Below, in pieces: positions 29,925 to 40,397 of a stretch of 64,000 nt of DNA. Where the stretch lies: assembly GCA_023150835.1 (NCBI GenBank), contig JAKLKB010000016.1:1-64000 (forward strand), written 5' to 3'. Every line of letters starts with the position of its first letter. Position 1 is the first letter of the stretch. The DNA comes from Myxococcota bacterium. GTDB taxonomy: Bacteria; Myxococcota_C; UBA6777. The translations under genes and the position numbers were made by a program. The notes beneath the pieces were generated by a model. That model worked only from the letters and a program-made list of their open reading frames with translations. It ran no database searches and had not been told where the DNA came from.

Positions 29925-30578
29925 ATGTTGGAAGCCTTCTTGATCCAAACCCTCTGGATATGGGTCTTGCTCGCTGTCTTTGGACTGCCTTTCCTCGCCG
30001 TCCGCTTCTCCCAATGGCAAGCCACGCAGCGCTTTGTCCAAGCCCGTCAAGTCGAGCTTTCCAACCCCATCGATGCTTCCGCACGTTACCAACTCGCCAG
30101 TCTTTTCCTCAAACAACGCCGCTTCGCCAAAGCCCTCCCTCTCCTCGAAGAAGCCTACAAGATCCAACAGCAACGCCCTTCCCCTAACCCTCGCCTCCTC
30201 GACGACCTCGCCCGCGTCTACCTCCGACAACAACGCATCGACGATGCTCTCCCCCTCCTCAAAACCTCCCTACAACTCGACCCCCAAGGCAACCAAGGCG
30301 AAACCTTCCTTTTGCTCGGAAAAGCCTTCGCACAAAAAGCCGATCTCGAACGCGCCCGTGAATGCTTCCTCCACACCCAACAAGCCAACACGTCTCTCGC
30401 TGAACCCGTCTTCCGACTCGCTTGTCTCGATGCCGCACAAAACAAACACCCCGAAGCCCAACAGCGCCTTCGCCTCTTCCTCAAAGAAGCCGCACACCTT
30501 CCGCCCTTTCTTCGCCGACGAAACCGCTTCTGGGTCATCGCCATGCGCCTCTTCCCCTTCTCTTCCTTTTTGGCTTAA
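29925..30578 (+). CDS. Membrane-anchored TPR protein
   Basis: N-terminal TM segment, TPR-like helices. Confidence 0.75.
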   Translation: MLEAFLIQTLWIWVLLAVFGLPFLAVRFSQWQATQRFVQARQVELSNPIDASARYQLASLFLKQRRFAKALPLLEEAYKIQQQRPSPNPRLLDDLARVYLRQQRIDDALPLLKTSLQLDPQGNQGETFLLLGKAFAQKADLERARECFLHTQQANTSLAEPVFRLACLDAAQNKHPEAQQRLRLFLKEAAHLPPFLRRRNRFWVIAMRLFPFSSFLA

Positions 30579-30597
30579 ACTTCTCTTCGCTTTTTTC

Positions 30598-30785
30598 TTG
30601 TAGGAGAGGAGGGCGCAGTCGGGCTTGTTTTGTGGGGCTGGAACCCCACGCCCCGCAAGGGATCTCGGCTCCCTTGACCCCGTGTAGACGAAGAGAGCAC
30701 AAGTGTTTCAACACAACCACTCTGTCGCTTGAAGTATCGCGAACACGGGGATTTTCGTCCACAACGCAACTCTTCTCTCCTACAA
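30598..30785 (-). mobile_element. Family B element body with a different TIR (TTGTAGGAGAG / CTCTCCTACAA)
   Basis: Body aligns to other B copies; 11-bp perfect terminal inverted repeat. Confidence 0.7.
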
Positions 30786-30799
30786 AAAGGACAGCCGCC

Positions 30800-31375
30800 T
30801 TGCCACACGACCTCCAAACCAAATACCGCGCATGGCTCGCCAAGATCGCAGAACTTGGCGCTCGCCAAGAGGCTCTCTACGGCGCGCAGATCCGATGCCG
30901 AAAAGGTTGTTTCTCTTGTTGTCGCCCCCCTGACACCCTTTTCCAAATCGAGGCCCCCTCTCTCCAACAAGCGGTCCGCGACTTGGCCCCACCCGCCAAA
31001 CAACGCCTTCAATCGAGGCTTTCCGCTTACAAAGCGGGAGAGCAAGAGCTTTGCCCCCTCCTCGAAGACGGCGGATGTACCGTCTACGAAGCACGCCCTG
31101 TCATCTGCCGTACACACGGCTACGGCGTGATGCTCCAAGACGAACAAGGAGCCTTCCTTTCGTGGTGTCATCTCAACTTCGATCAGGTCGAACCCAGCGC
31201 AGAAGTCGCCTTCAACGTCGAACACCTCAACACCGTTCTTTCTGTCATGACCCGCATGGGATGGCCCCATGCTGAGCCTCGCCCCGCCCTTGTCGAGATC
31301 CTCGAACAGGCCCTTGATACCTCTCCCCCCTCCACGATATCCCCCGCAACACCGCCCAAAGGACACATCCCATGA
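30800..31375 (+). CDS. YkgJ-family cysteine-cluster protein
   Basis: CRKGCFSCC..CPLL..CTVYEARPVICRTHG. Confidence 0.85.
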   Translation: MPHDLQTKYRAWLAKIAELGARQEALYGAQIRCRKGCFSCCRPPDTLFQIEAPSLQQAVRDLAPPAKQRLQSRLSAYKAGEQELCPLLEDGGCTVYEARPVICRTHGYGVMLQDEQGAFLSWCHLNFDQVEPSAEVAFNVEHLNTVLSVMTRMGWPHAEPRPALVEILEQALDTSPPSTISPATPPKGHIP

Positions 31376-33381
31376 TCCGCCTCCAAGGGATCGCGGTTTG
31401 TGGCGGCAAAGCTCACGGATACGCCCTACTCTGGCCGACAGCCGTCGCCCCTCACAACGCGGCCTTACAACCACACACACACCCTCACAACGCCACACCA
31501 CCCGACGCGCTCGCCCCTCGATACCTTCCACGCTCGTTCAACGAAAACGCCGTTCCATCCGCACAAAACGCATACAACCAGCCGATTGCTGCAAGCCAAA
31601 TCGAACAACAGCGCCAGCGATTCGACCAAGCCCGCGCACACGTCGCCGCCCAACTCCTACACACCCAAGAGCGGCTCACTGCCTCCTTGGGACCGCAAGA
31701 AGCGGCGATCTTCGATGCCCAAGCCGCCTTTCTCGAAGATGACAGCTTTTTGTCGATCTTCCACGATGCCCTTACCTACGGGCTTTGCGCAGAGGACGCC
31801 TTGCAGCACGCTCTGCACCACAACGAAGCGCTGTTTTTGTCGATGGCCTCGCCTACCTTGCGAGATCGCGTGGTTGATCTGCGCGATGTCTGGCGGCGTG
31901 TGATGTCACAGCTACGCGCAGACTCGCCTTCTACCCGCTCGGATCAGCCCGACACGGCTCCGCTTTCGCTCCTGCACTCGCCTCCACGAGCGTTGCTTTT
32001 CCAAAGCCCCGTGATCCTCGTCGGGCGCGAGATCTACCCTTCGATCTTGGCCGATATCACGAGCGGATGTATCCAAGGCATCCTCACCGAAGAAGGCGGC
32101 CCCACCAGCCACACAGCCATCCTCGCCCAAGCCTTGCAGATCCCCTACATCACAGGTATCAAGGGCCTCTGCGCGGCTGTTCGTTCGGATATCCCTCTCG
32201 CGCTCGACGGAAAAACAGGAGAGGTCTGGATCGAACCCGATGCCACGACTTTTTCCACCGCCCTCCCAAGCCCACCCATCCCCACGCAAGACGCCACAAC
32301 GAAAGACCACGGCAAGACCCTCCCAAACCCAACCACCCCATCCATCGAGATATCCTCCCCATCCATCGAGATATCCGCGAGCATATCCTCCACACGATCG
32401 CAGCCCGCTCTTTCCCATCCCACCACCGCTTGCGGCCAAAAAGTGATCTTGCGCGCCAATCTCAGCCTACTGTCCGAGCTTTCCGAATACAAACAGCGAT
32501 CCGCCCAAGGCATCGGCTTGTTTCGCACAGAGTTTCTCTTTCTCCGTGAGACTTCTTGGCCCAGCGAAGATGCTCAGTTCGCCTTGTACCGCCAGATCGT
32601 CGAAAAGATCGCCCCCGAAGAAGTGACCTTCCGCTGCGTTGATATCGGCGCAGACAAACCGTTGGGTTGTTTCCCGATCCCCCCGGAAAACAATCCACAG
32701 CTTGGATGGCGGGGAGTGCGGATATTGCTTGATCATCGCGCACTTTTTATCGAGCAGCTTCAAGCCTTTTTGCGTGCCTCTGTCCACGGGCGTTTGCGCG
32801 TGATGATCCCGATGATCTCGACCTACGAGGAGATCCAGATCGTGCGCCAATGCTTCCAAGAAGCCCAAGACAACTTGCGAAAACGTGGCCTCTCCTTCGA
32901 TCCAACTGTCCCGCTGGGGATCATGGTCGAAACCCCTGCTGCGGCCCTTGCGTTGCCTCATCTTATGCCTTGCGTGGACTTCCTTTCTGTCGGAACCAAC
33001 GACCTGCTCCAATTCGTCATGGCTGTCGATCGCAACCACACGCAGCTACACCATCTCTTTCAACCCTTGCATCCGGGCTTTTTGCGCCTTCTTTCACGGA
33101 TCGCAAACTCCGCCTCCCAAGCCAAATGCCCTCTCTCGATCTGCGGCGAGATCGCTGCAAATCCCCTGTTTCTACCGATCTGGCTTGGCTTAGGCTTCCG
33201 CGAATTCAGCGTGACCCCACACGCCATCCCTCCACTCCAACACCGCCTCCAATCTCTCCACCTCCAAGAAGCCCAACACACCGCCCAAATCGCCCTCTCC
33301 CTCCCTTCGAGCGAACAGATCCACACCCTTCTCGAAACCCCACACAATGCCCTCAACACACCTCCCCCCTCTCACCTGTGA
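31372..33381 (+). CDS. ptsI: PEP-protein phosphotransferase (PTS enzyme I), with low-complexity insertions
   Basis: GGPTSHTAILA, GIGLFRTEFLF, ENNPQLGWRG, DFLSVGTNDL, SICGE; no GAF domain. Confidence 0.9.
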   Translation: MIRLQGIAVCGGKAHGYALLWPTAVAPHNAALQPHTHPHNATPPDALAPRYLPRSFNENAVPSAQNAYNQPIAASQIEQQRQRFDQARAHVAAQLLHTQERLTASLGPQEAAIFDAQAAFLEDDSFLSIFHDALTYGLCAEDALQHALHHNEALFLSMASPTLRDRVVDLRDVWRRVMSQLRADSPSTRSDQPDTAPLSLLHSPPRALLFQSPVILVGREIYPSILADITSGCIQGILTEEGGPTSHTAILAQALQIPYITGIKGLCAAVRSDIPLALDGKTGEVWIEPDATTFSTALPSPPIPTQDATTKDHGKTLPNPTTPSIEISSPSIEISASISSTRSQPALSHPTTACGQKVILRANLSLLSELSEYKQRSAQGIGLFRTEFLFLRETSWPSEDAQFALYRQIVEKIAPEEVTFRCVDIGADKPLGCFPIPPENNPQLGWRGVRILLDHRALFIEQLQAFLRASVHGRLRVMIPMISTYEEIQIVRQCFQEAQDNLRKRGLSFDPTVPLGIMVETPAAALALPHLMPCVDFLSVGTNDLLQFVMAVDRNHTQLHHLFQPLHPGFLRLLSRIANSASQAKCPLSICGEIAANPLFLPIWLGLGFREFSVTPHAIPPLQHRLQSLHLQEAQHTAQIALSLPSSEQIHTLLETPHNALNTPPPSHL

Positions 33382-33397
33382 CGCAACACCCCTCAAC

Positions 33398-33446
33398 ACG
33401 GGGTCAAGGAGCGACAGTCTATGGCGGGGCGTGGGGCCGCGCCCCA
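33398..33446 (+). repeat. Partial family B palindrome
   Basis: ACGGGGTCAAGG..GCGGGGCGTGGGG..CCCCA. Confidence 0.6.
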
Positions 33447-33541
33447 GATCAAACAGCCCCCACCAGATCAGATCCGCAAGCCTCCACACGCATCACAACG
33501 CGCACACGATATCGTGTTTGATCAAGTGAGCGAGAAAAAAG

Positions 33542-34240
33542 ATGCAAACAAACCTCTTTTCCATCCACGACAATCAGGCTCTTTCTCCAACCGTTCGCCG
33601 CCTGCGACTACAGCCCCACAATGGCTTTTTCTATCGTGCGGGACAATATATCGAGATCGGCTTTCCTGATGCCCACAACACCGCGCCTCGCGACTTTTTT
33701 CCTTTCTCCTTGGCCTCTGCCCCCGAAGATCCGTACCTTGAACTCTGCATCCGTACACCACAAGGCCATCCTCTCACCAGCCGCCTCGAACAAGCCCATG
33801 ATGGCGATCCTCTCTGGCTCAAAGGCCCTTCTGGGCGCTTTTTCTATGCGTCCCCTCCAAAACGTCCGATCTTTTTGATCGCCACAGGTACAGGGATCGC
33901 TCCCTTGCGCTCGATCTATCGCTCTCAAGAACGCATCCACGCCGAACCTTCCGAAGTGATCTTGCTCTTTGGCGTGCGAAACCCATCAGAGATCTTGTAT
34001 TCCGCCGAATGGAAGGACGCCTTGGGCGATCGATTTGTCCCGATCCTCTCTCAACCAGACGGCTCGTGGGCAGGCGAAAAAGGCCGAATATCCAGCTTTT
34101 TGGAGCGATCAATCCATCACTTTGCATGGCACGACTATGATTACTATCTCTGCGGTCAACCCGAGCTGTTAACCTCGACCAAACACTTTCTCTCCGCCCA
34201 AAACGTCCCCCAAGACCACATCCACCATGAACGCTGGTAA
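33542..34240 (+). CDS. FNR-like FAD/NAD(P)H oxidoreductase (Fre-like)
   Basis: YRAGQY, FSLASAP, GPSGRF, IATGTGIAP, YYLCG. Confidence 0.88.
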   Translation: MQTNLFSIHDNQALSPTVRRLRLQPHNGFFYRAGQYIEIGFPDAHNTAPRDFFPFSLASAPEDPYLELCIRTPQGHPLTSRLEQAHDGDPLWLKGPSGRFFYASPPKRPIFLIATGTGIAPLRSIYRSQERIHAEPSEVILLFGVRNPSEILYSAEWKDALGDRFVPILSQPDGSWAGEKGRISSFLERSIHHFAWHDYDYYLCGQPELLTSTKHFLSAQNVPQDHIHHERW

Positions 34241-34436
34241 AAAGCCGAAAGGTGCAGGGATATCAGGCTTCGCATCAGCCTCGGCACAGACACGAATTGA
34301 GGTTTTGTTCGCTGCTTCATACCAAATCACGGCTCCGCTCGCTTGGATTCCCTGCCGCTCTCCCCTCGCCTCTACGAAGTAGGGCGAGGGGTGTCGCGAA
34401 GCGACGGGGTGAGGGTGAATTCTCTCGGATATCGTC

Positions 34437-36113
34437 TTATTGCGCTGCTGCTTGGGGGCTTTGCAACACGGTGCGAACAGAAAGGCCATCTTGCTCAAAG
34501 ACGACGCCCCATTCGAGCACCTCGACGTTTTTCGTGGTGGGGCGACTTGTTGCGGACGCACTTGCTTTTGTACTGCCACCCGAACGAACCCCTCCTGCTT
34601 CAAACAAGCGTCGAAGAAAGGCAAATGCTTTTTCGCTGCTTTTTGCATCAGACCGCGAACCCATCGGATCGAACCATCGGCGTAAAACCGAGGCTGTCAT
34701 CAACGGGATCACTGAAAAGTCGATCCGCAGCCTTCGATCGCGTTCAGATATCCGCATCGCGATCGGATCGAAGAAAGACCGTCGTTTGGACTCGTACTGT
34801 CCTCGCCATGCCTCATAAGCCTTCTTCTCCGCAGGTGTAATCCGCATGATCTCAAGTTCCCGCAAAGGCGTCATAAAGCGCAAACTTCCGTAATACTCCG
34901 AAAAGATCCGATCGCCTTCCAGCCACAAGCCGCCTCCATCGGGGATCTTCGGCACGATATCCAATCGTCGAGCCGTGTGTTTTCCTTGCAAGAGCATCGT
35001 TCGACGAAGGGCCGTCTGTTGGCGGATCTGCTCTCTTACCTGCGCTCGTCTCCATTGCAACACGCGGAGGTGTGGGCTTCCCAACAACCGCAACGCTTCG
35101 TCTCCCATCAACAAAAACACCCGCTCTTCCGAATCATACAGATAACGCATCCGAAAGAATCGGTACTGATCCAACGCAGCAAGCGATTCTTTCGGCTCGT
35201 AGCGTGCGTGGGCCACACGACGCAAAGCGGCCACCGAGTTGCTCAACGCCACCACATCCCCCATCACCATCACAAAAGACGATATCTCCCGATGCGCCGA
35301 AGCAACGCCCGCATACATCAGATCCTCGATCTCCCCTTGAACCTTCGTCACCACACGGCCCGTTGCAAAACATCGCAAAGCCTCGCGAAATCCCTTGGGA
35401 TCGCTTGTTTGAAACAGCAAGGTGATATCCGTCCCTTCGACGAAATCCACATCTCCCCCTGTCATCGCAACACCTCGGATCTTTTTGGAGGCTACAGACT
35501 TCGAGAACTCAACCACATCAAAACAAAGCTGGCGCTGGTATCGCCGCAACACACGAGAAACGATGTCTTGCCTTTCTGCCGACGTCTGCTTGCTTACGGC
35601 TCCCTTCGCCAAACGCCCTTCTTTCGAGGGCCTCTCCAAGCCTTGCGCAAAACGCCCATTTTCGGACAATATCGCCATCCCTTGCACAAAACGCCCATTT
35701 TCGGACAACATCGCCATCCCTTGCGCAAAGTGCCCAAACGACGGAAAGAACACAGCATATTGATCCTGCGGCAACAGCTTCGCCAGCTCGTCCACCGCGA
35801 TCTTTTTGCCAAAGATCGGCAGCGTAAAATTGTACGGCAAAAGATGAATCCCTCGGATATCTTGGATCGAGACTTCTGCTTTTTGTGGCGAACCAGCACC
35901 AGCATACGCAAGCATCGGCAACAAACAACACGCCCCCATCCACACCAAAACCACACAAGCCATCCACAGACGCAGCAAAAACAATCGATGTTCGGGGCAT
36001 ATCGCATCCTCCCATGCCCGAGCCGTCGGCCTACTCGCCTCCAAAACAACCTGCTCTCTTCTCACCAACATCCCGTTCCTCTCGATAAAAACAGCCAAAT
36101 AGATCCCATACAT
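34437..36113 (-). CDS. Hypothetical exported protein with 39-bp internal repeat
   Basis: Hydrophobic signal-like stretch; long ORF with protein-like composition. Confidence 0.6.
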   Translation of the reverse strand: MYGIYLAVFIERNGMLVRREQVVLEASRPTARAWEDAICPEHRLFLLRLWMACVVLVWMGACCLLPMLAYAGAGSPQKAEVSIQDIRGIHLLPYNFTLPIFGKKIAVDELAKLLPQDQYAVFFPSFGHFAQGMAMLSENGRFVQGMAILSENGRFAQGLERPSKEGRLAKGAVSKQTSAERQDIVSRVLRRYQRQLCFDVVEFSKSVASKKIRGVAMTGGDVDFVEGTDITLLFQTSDPKGFREALRCFATGRVVTKVQGEIEDLMYAGVASAHREISSFVMVMGDVVALSNSVAALRRVAHARYEPKESLAALDQYRFFRMRYLYDSEERVFLLMGDEALRLLGSPHLRVLQWRRAQVREQIRQQTALRRTMLLQGKHTARRLDIVPKIPDGGGLWLEGDRIFSEYYGSLRFMTPLRELEIMRITPAEKKAYEAWRGQYESKRRSFFDPIAMRISERDRRLRIDFSVIPLMTASVLRRWFDPMGSRSDAKSSEKAFAFLRRLFEAGGVRSGGSTKASASATSRPTTKNVEVLEWGVVFEQDGLSVRTVLQSPQAAAQ

Positions 36114-36600
36114 CTTCGCTTTCTCCGCAGCCTACGAGCCAAACCATCGACACCGTGCGCAAACCACCCCTCGCATCAAGCGGCTCACCGCTCCAAGCGG
36201 CTCACCGCTCCAAGCCACCGATTCAAACCGATACAGCGGACAAGATCAACCCACACCCCAAGAAGCCCCGCGATCGACGAAACGCCACACAAAACAAACA
36301 AATCCAACGACCCACCCGCTTCTGCCGCGATCTCGTCCAAAGAACGTCTCTCACCCGACACGAGACGCTCTCCTGCCCCTTGCGCTTGCTTGTGCCTTGC
36401 CACACAATGCCCCCTGTTTCTCAAGCAAAAAAACGCGCAACCTCAAACAAGCGTGCAGCGAAAATACAGACAACACTTCTTGCCACCGAAAGGCCACCAC
36501 ACGGCCCATAACACATTGAAACAACGGTGAAGAATCAAGAATTTGAACAGGCGCGGTGAGCGGTTCACCCACGCCGACCAAGGATTACAAGGAGCCACAC

Positions 36601-38628
36601 ATGTCATCCATCCGCCGATCAAATAACGACCAACAAGCCCAACAGGCCCGTCAGGCCCAACAAGCCCAACAAACCAAACAAGCGGCCCAAACCCAACAAA
36701 CCAAGCAAACCACCCCCGCCCAAAACACCTCCCCCCGCGATTCTTTTACCACCAAAAACGAGTCCAAAGGCAACATCCTCACAGGACGCACCACCACCAC
36801 CGAACGTTCCCACGAACTGAACGGTAGCAAGTACACCAGCGCCAACACCCAAACCACCGGCATCACCGGCAAATCGACCACGATGTCCAAAGGCGTCGAA
36901 CGCGCTGATGGCTCCTCCCAAAGCCGCGAAGTCAAAACCGATTACGGGATGCTTGGCAACAAAACGGGCGTCTCCACCACCAGCACCAAAAGCACCAGCG
37001 ATCTCACCGAAACCAACAAACTTTCCACCACCTACGCTCGCGACGGCAAAGTGACGTCCCAAAGCGCCAGCCAAAAACTCGAAGAAAACTACAAACTCGA
37101 CGACCTCAAACTGTCCACCTCCATCGAGTCCAAAACCTCCACTTCCGAAGCCAAAAATGGCGGTATCTTCGGCGAAAACAAACGCACCACCTCCAGCGAA
37201 ACCAACACGTCCAGCATCGAAGACAAAAACACCGCTCACTCCACTTCCGAAACCACCTCCAAAGAACAAGCCTTTGCTCGTGACGGCAAGATCACGATGT
37301 CCAAAGACACGCACACCCTCTCCGAAACCAACAAAAAAGATGGCAAAAGCACCACCTTTGAAACTTCTTCCGAAACCACCAAAACTCAAAGCCCCCGTGA
37401 CCGCGAGCTAACCTTCCAATCCACCACCGACAAAAGCACCACCGAACACAAAAATGGCTGGAAAACGGAATCCTCCACCACCAAAGAATCCGGCCAAAAG
37501 TTCACCACCACCGCCCAAAACGGCGAATCCAACACCAAGTTTGAAGACGGCAAACTCACCACCAAAGGCGGCTTTGAGTACAAAAACACCCACAGCAGCA
37601 CCAAAACCACCGTCTCCGCTGAACGCGAACTCTACAAAGGCAACGAAGACCTTCACAAACAACGCCAAGCCACCAACAAAAACATCTCCAACGCCCAATC
37701 CATCGCCAAAGAAGTCTTCGGCTCCAAAGAACTCAGCCCCAAGATCGACACCGACACCCACAAACGCTCCGAAACCATCAGCGCCGCTGGCTACGAACGC
37801 ACTGAAACCCACTCCGCCAATGCCTCGGTCTGGGAAAACCAAAAAGACTGGGTCAAAAGCGGCGATCTCGCCAAAGACGGCTACGAAGCGAAGCTCTCCA
37901 CCGATGTCAAAGTCCTCAACGCAAGCGGTTCTGCCACCACCAACGTCAAACTCGGCGGCCTCAACAACGAAGTCTCCGGCAAACTCAGCGGCCAACTCGC
38001 TGTCCTTGATGCCAACGTCTCTGGAAACTATACCAAATCCCTCGCCAAGATCGGCGATGCCGAGATCACCGCTGGCGTCGAAGGCAAAGGCCGCGCATTC
38101 GTCGGTGCTGACGGCTCCTTGGAAGGAAAAGTGACGGCATCGATCTATCCGCCCGAAGCTGCCGTCACTTTGAAAGGCGAAGCCTTTGCAGGGGCCAAAC
38201 TCGAAGGCGAAGTCAAAGGCCACGCGGGTCCGTTCTCTGTCACCGCTTCGGGTTCCTTGAATGCTGGCGCTGGCGTCGAAGGCGGTTTGGATGTCGGTCT
38301 CTCCGATGGAAAACTTCGCTTCCAAGCCAACTTGGGCGCAACCTTGGGCATCGGCGCGAGCGGCAATGTCGCTGTCGAAGTCGATGTCGCACAGATCGCC
38401 AAGATCGGCGTCGAAGGCGCAAAAGTCGTCGGCAAAGAGATCCACAAAGCCGCTGTCAACACCTTCGACGCAACAGGTGACGGCAAACTCGGACTCGATG
38501 ATGCCCGTGCCATCGGCAGCGCCGCCGTCAACACCGTCGGCCAAGGACTCAGCGATGCACGCGATGCCATCGGCTCGGGCTTGAGCAGCATGGGCAATAG
38601 CATCAGCAACGCCTTCTCTGGCTGGTGA
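36601..38628 (+). CDS. Thr/Ser/Lys-rich protein with Gly/Ala beta-strand C-terminal half; no Sec signal
   Basis: AAGGAG RBS; strongly C-ending codons like gap; Gln-rich N-terminus. Confidence 0.85.
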   Translation: MSSIRRSNNDQQAQQARQAQQAQQTKQAAQTQQTKQTTPAQNTSPRDSFTTKNESKGNILTGRTTTTERSHELNGSKYTSANTQTTGITGKSTTMSKGVERADGSSQSREVKTDYGMLGNKTGVSTTSTKSTSDLTETNKLSTTYARDGKVTSQSASQKLEENYKLDDLKLSTSIESKTSTSEAKNGGIFGENKRTTSSETNTSSIEDKNTAHSTSETTSKEQAFARDGKITMSKDTHTLSETNKKDGKSTTFETSSETTKTQSPRDRELTFQSTTDKSTTEHKNGWKTESSTTKESGQKFTTTAQNGESNTKFEDGKLTTKGGFEYKNTHSSTKTTVSAERELYKGNEDLHKQRQATNKNISNAQSIAKEVFGSKELSPKIDTDTHKRSETISAAGYERTETHSANASVWENQKDWVKSGDLAKDGYEAKLSTDVKVLNASGSATTNVKLGGLNNEVSGKLSGQLAVLDANVSGNYTKSLAKIGDAEITAGVEGKGRAFVGADGSLEGKVTASIYPPEAAVTLKGEAFAGAKLEGEVKGHAGPFSVTASGSLNAGAGVEGGLDVGLSDGKLRFQANLGATLGIGASGNVAVEVDVAQIAKIGVEGAKVVGKEIHKAAVNTFDATGDGKLGLDDARAIGSAAVNTVGQGLSDARDAIGSGLSSMGNSISNAFSGW

Positions 38629-38938
38629 TCCACCGCTTCCTACCCCAAACCACCCTGCTCTCTTCTGTCCTATCACCCGCCCGCACAACCCTCCTTGCTT
38701 CGCCGAAACTTTCTTCGCGCCTCCCCCTCTTCCACAACCTCTTTCTTTCTTCCACCATCCTATGCTACAACACGCAGCATTGACCGCTCTTTCTCGTCCA
38801 CACCAACCCAGTCCAGAGGCCACACACAAACCACCGCATTCCACCCGACGGATGGGCGTATCCATCACCCAACACCAATCTCTCCCGCACACTGAGGCGT
38901 TGGGCGCGAATGCCGATCACCACACACAGGAGCATCGG

Positions 38939-40324
38939 ATGTCCAATCCTTCTACTCTCAAGCAACAAGCCTACGAAAGACTCCAAGCACGCGACGCCGA
39001 AGGCGCACGCGCTCTCTTCCTCCAAGCCGCCGCCGAAGAGGGCATCCACCTCGATCTGCTCGTTCGCCGCGCCAATCAACACCTCCACGACGACCAAGTC
39101 CCCGAAGCTGCCCAACTCTACCTCCAGATCCTCGACGCCAACCCCACCGACAAAGACGCTCTCTTGGGCCTTGCGCGCATCTCCATGTTTGTCGGAAAGT
39201 TCGATGAAGCCGAATCCTACGCCACAGGCGCTCTCCGCGTCGCTCCCGACGAAGGCTTGGTCTACACCTTGTTTGGTCTCCTCCACGAATCCCGCAACCA
39301 ACTCGACCAAGCCGAACAACAGATGGCCAAAGGAGCCGATCTCAGCCCTCACGACTTCCTCCCCGTCTTCAATTATGGCCGTCTACTCGCTCTTTTGGAA
39401 CACTATGATCAAGCCATCCCCCTCCTGTTGCGCGCCACCGAGATCGACCCCCAACACTACGCTGCCTTCTACACTCTCGGCACCGCGCTCACCCTCAACG
39501 GCATGCACAAAGAGGCCGTCGCTGCCTTCAACCAAGCCATGAAGATCGCACCCAAAAACCTCGATGTCTACGCCACGCTCGCCGATGTCCTGCTCCGAAA
39601 CAAAGACCCCGAGATGGCTCTCCATATCCTCAACGCCGGCATGAACGAGTGTGGCGAACACCCTTCCCTCCTCGAAAAAGCCGCTGTCCTCTGCGTCGGC
39701 ACCAACAAGATCGCCAACGCCGTCCAATACTTCGAAAAGATCACACAACAACTCCCCACCTACGCCCAAGCTTGGCTCAACCTCGCCAACCTCTACATCC
39801 TCACACAAAATCTCGAAAAGTCCGAAACCGCCGCCAAACAAGTCCTCTCCTTCGACCCCAACAACTGGCAAGCCCACTACCACCTCGGCAACCTCTACGA
39901 AGTCCTCAACCTCCTCGACCGCGCCGAAGCCTCCCTCCGAAAAGCCTCCGACCTCGCACCCAACGATACCCGTCCTTGGAGCAACTTGGGCCTCGTCCTT
40001 CTTCGACAAGACGACACCTTCAAAACCAAAGAAGCCATCCACATCCTCGAAAAAGCCGTCGAGATCGCACCACCCAACGAATTCCGACCCGCCTACAACC
40101 TCGCCCTCGCCCTCGTCAAAGACAACCGCACCGCCCGTGCCCGCGAACTCCTCAAAGAACTCGAAACCAAAGTCCCCCAAGACAACGAGGCTTGGGATGA
40201 ACTCCAACACCTCCAACACACCCTCTTCTCCGATGCCGATGCCGTCAAAATGAATCTCGCCATCTCCTCGATGATGTGGGACGCTCGACGCAAAGCCAAA
40301 AAAGACGACGACTCCCAAGAATAA
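38939..40324 (+). CDS. All-TPR protein
   Basis: Tandem TPR motifs along the whole length; AGGAG RBS. Confidence 0.9.
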   Translation: MSNPSTLKQQAYERLQARDAEGARALFLQAAAEEGIHLDLLVRRANQHLHDDQVPEAAQLYLQILDANPTDKDALLGLARISMFVGKFDEAESYATGALRVAPDEGLVYTLFGLLHESRNQLDQAEQQMAKGADLSPHDFLPVFNYGRLLALLEHYDQAIPLLLRATEIDPQHYAAFYTLGTALTLNGMHKEAVAAFNQAMKIAPKNLDVYATLADVLLRNKDPEMALHILNAGMNECGEHPSLLEKAAVLCVGTNKIANAVQYFEKITQQLPTYAQAWLNLANLYILTQNLEKSETAAKQVLSFDPNNWQAHYHLGNLYEVLNLLDRAEASLRKASDLAPNDTRPWSNLGLVLLRQDDTFKTKEAIHILEKAVEIAPPNEFRPAYNLALALVKDNRTARARELLKELETKVPQDNEAWDELQHLQHTLFSDADAVKMNLAISSMMWDARRKAKKDDDSQE

Positions 40325-40397
40325 CCCCCCTTTCTGCATACAGCACATTCTCCTTCCTTCATTCCTTCATCTCATACAACGAAAGGCAAGATGACCG

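Noticed and set aside
36400-36600. Sigma54 promoter upstream of the Thr/Lys-rich gene
   Set aside because: The TTGC near 36480 lacks GG at the required 10-bp spacing.
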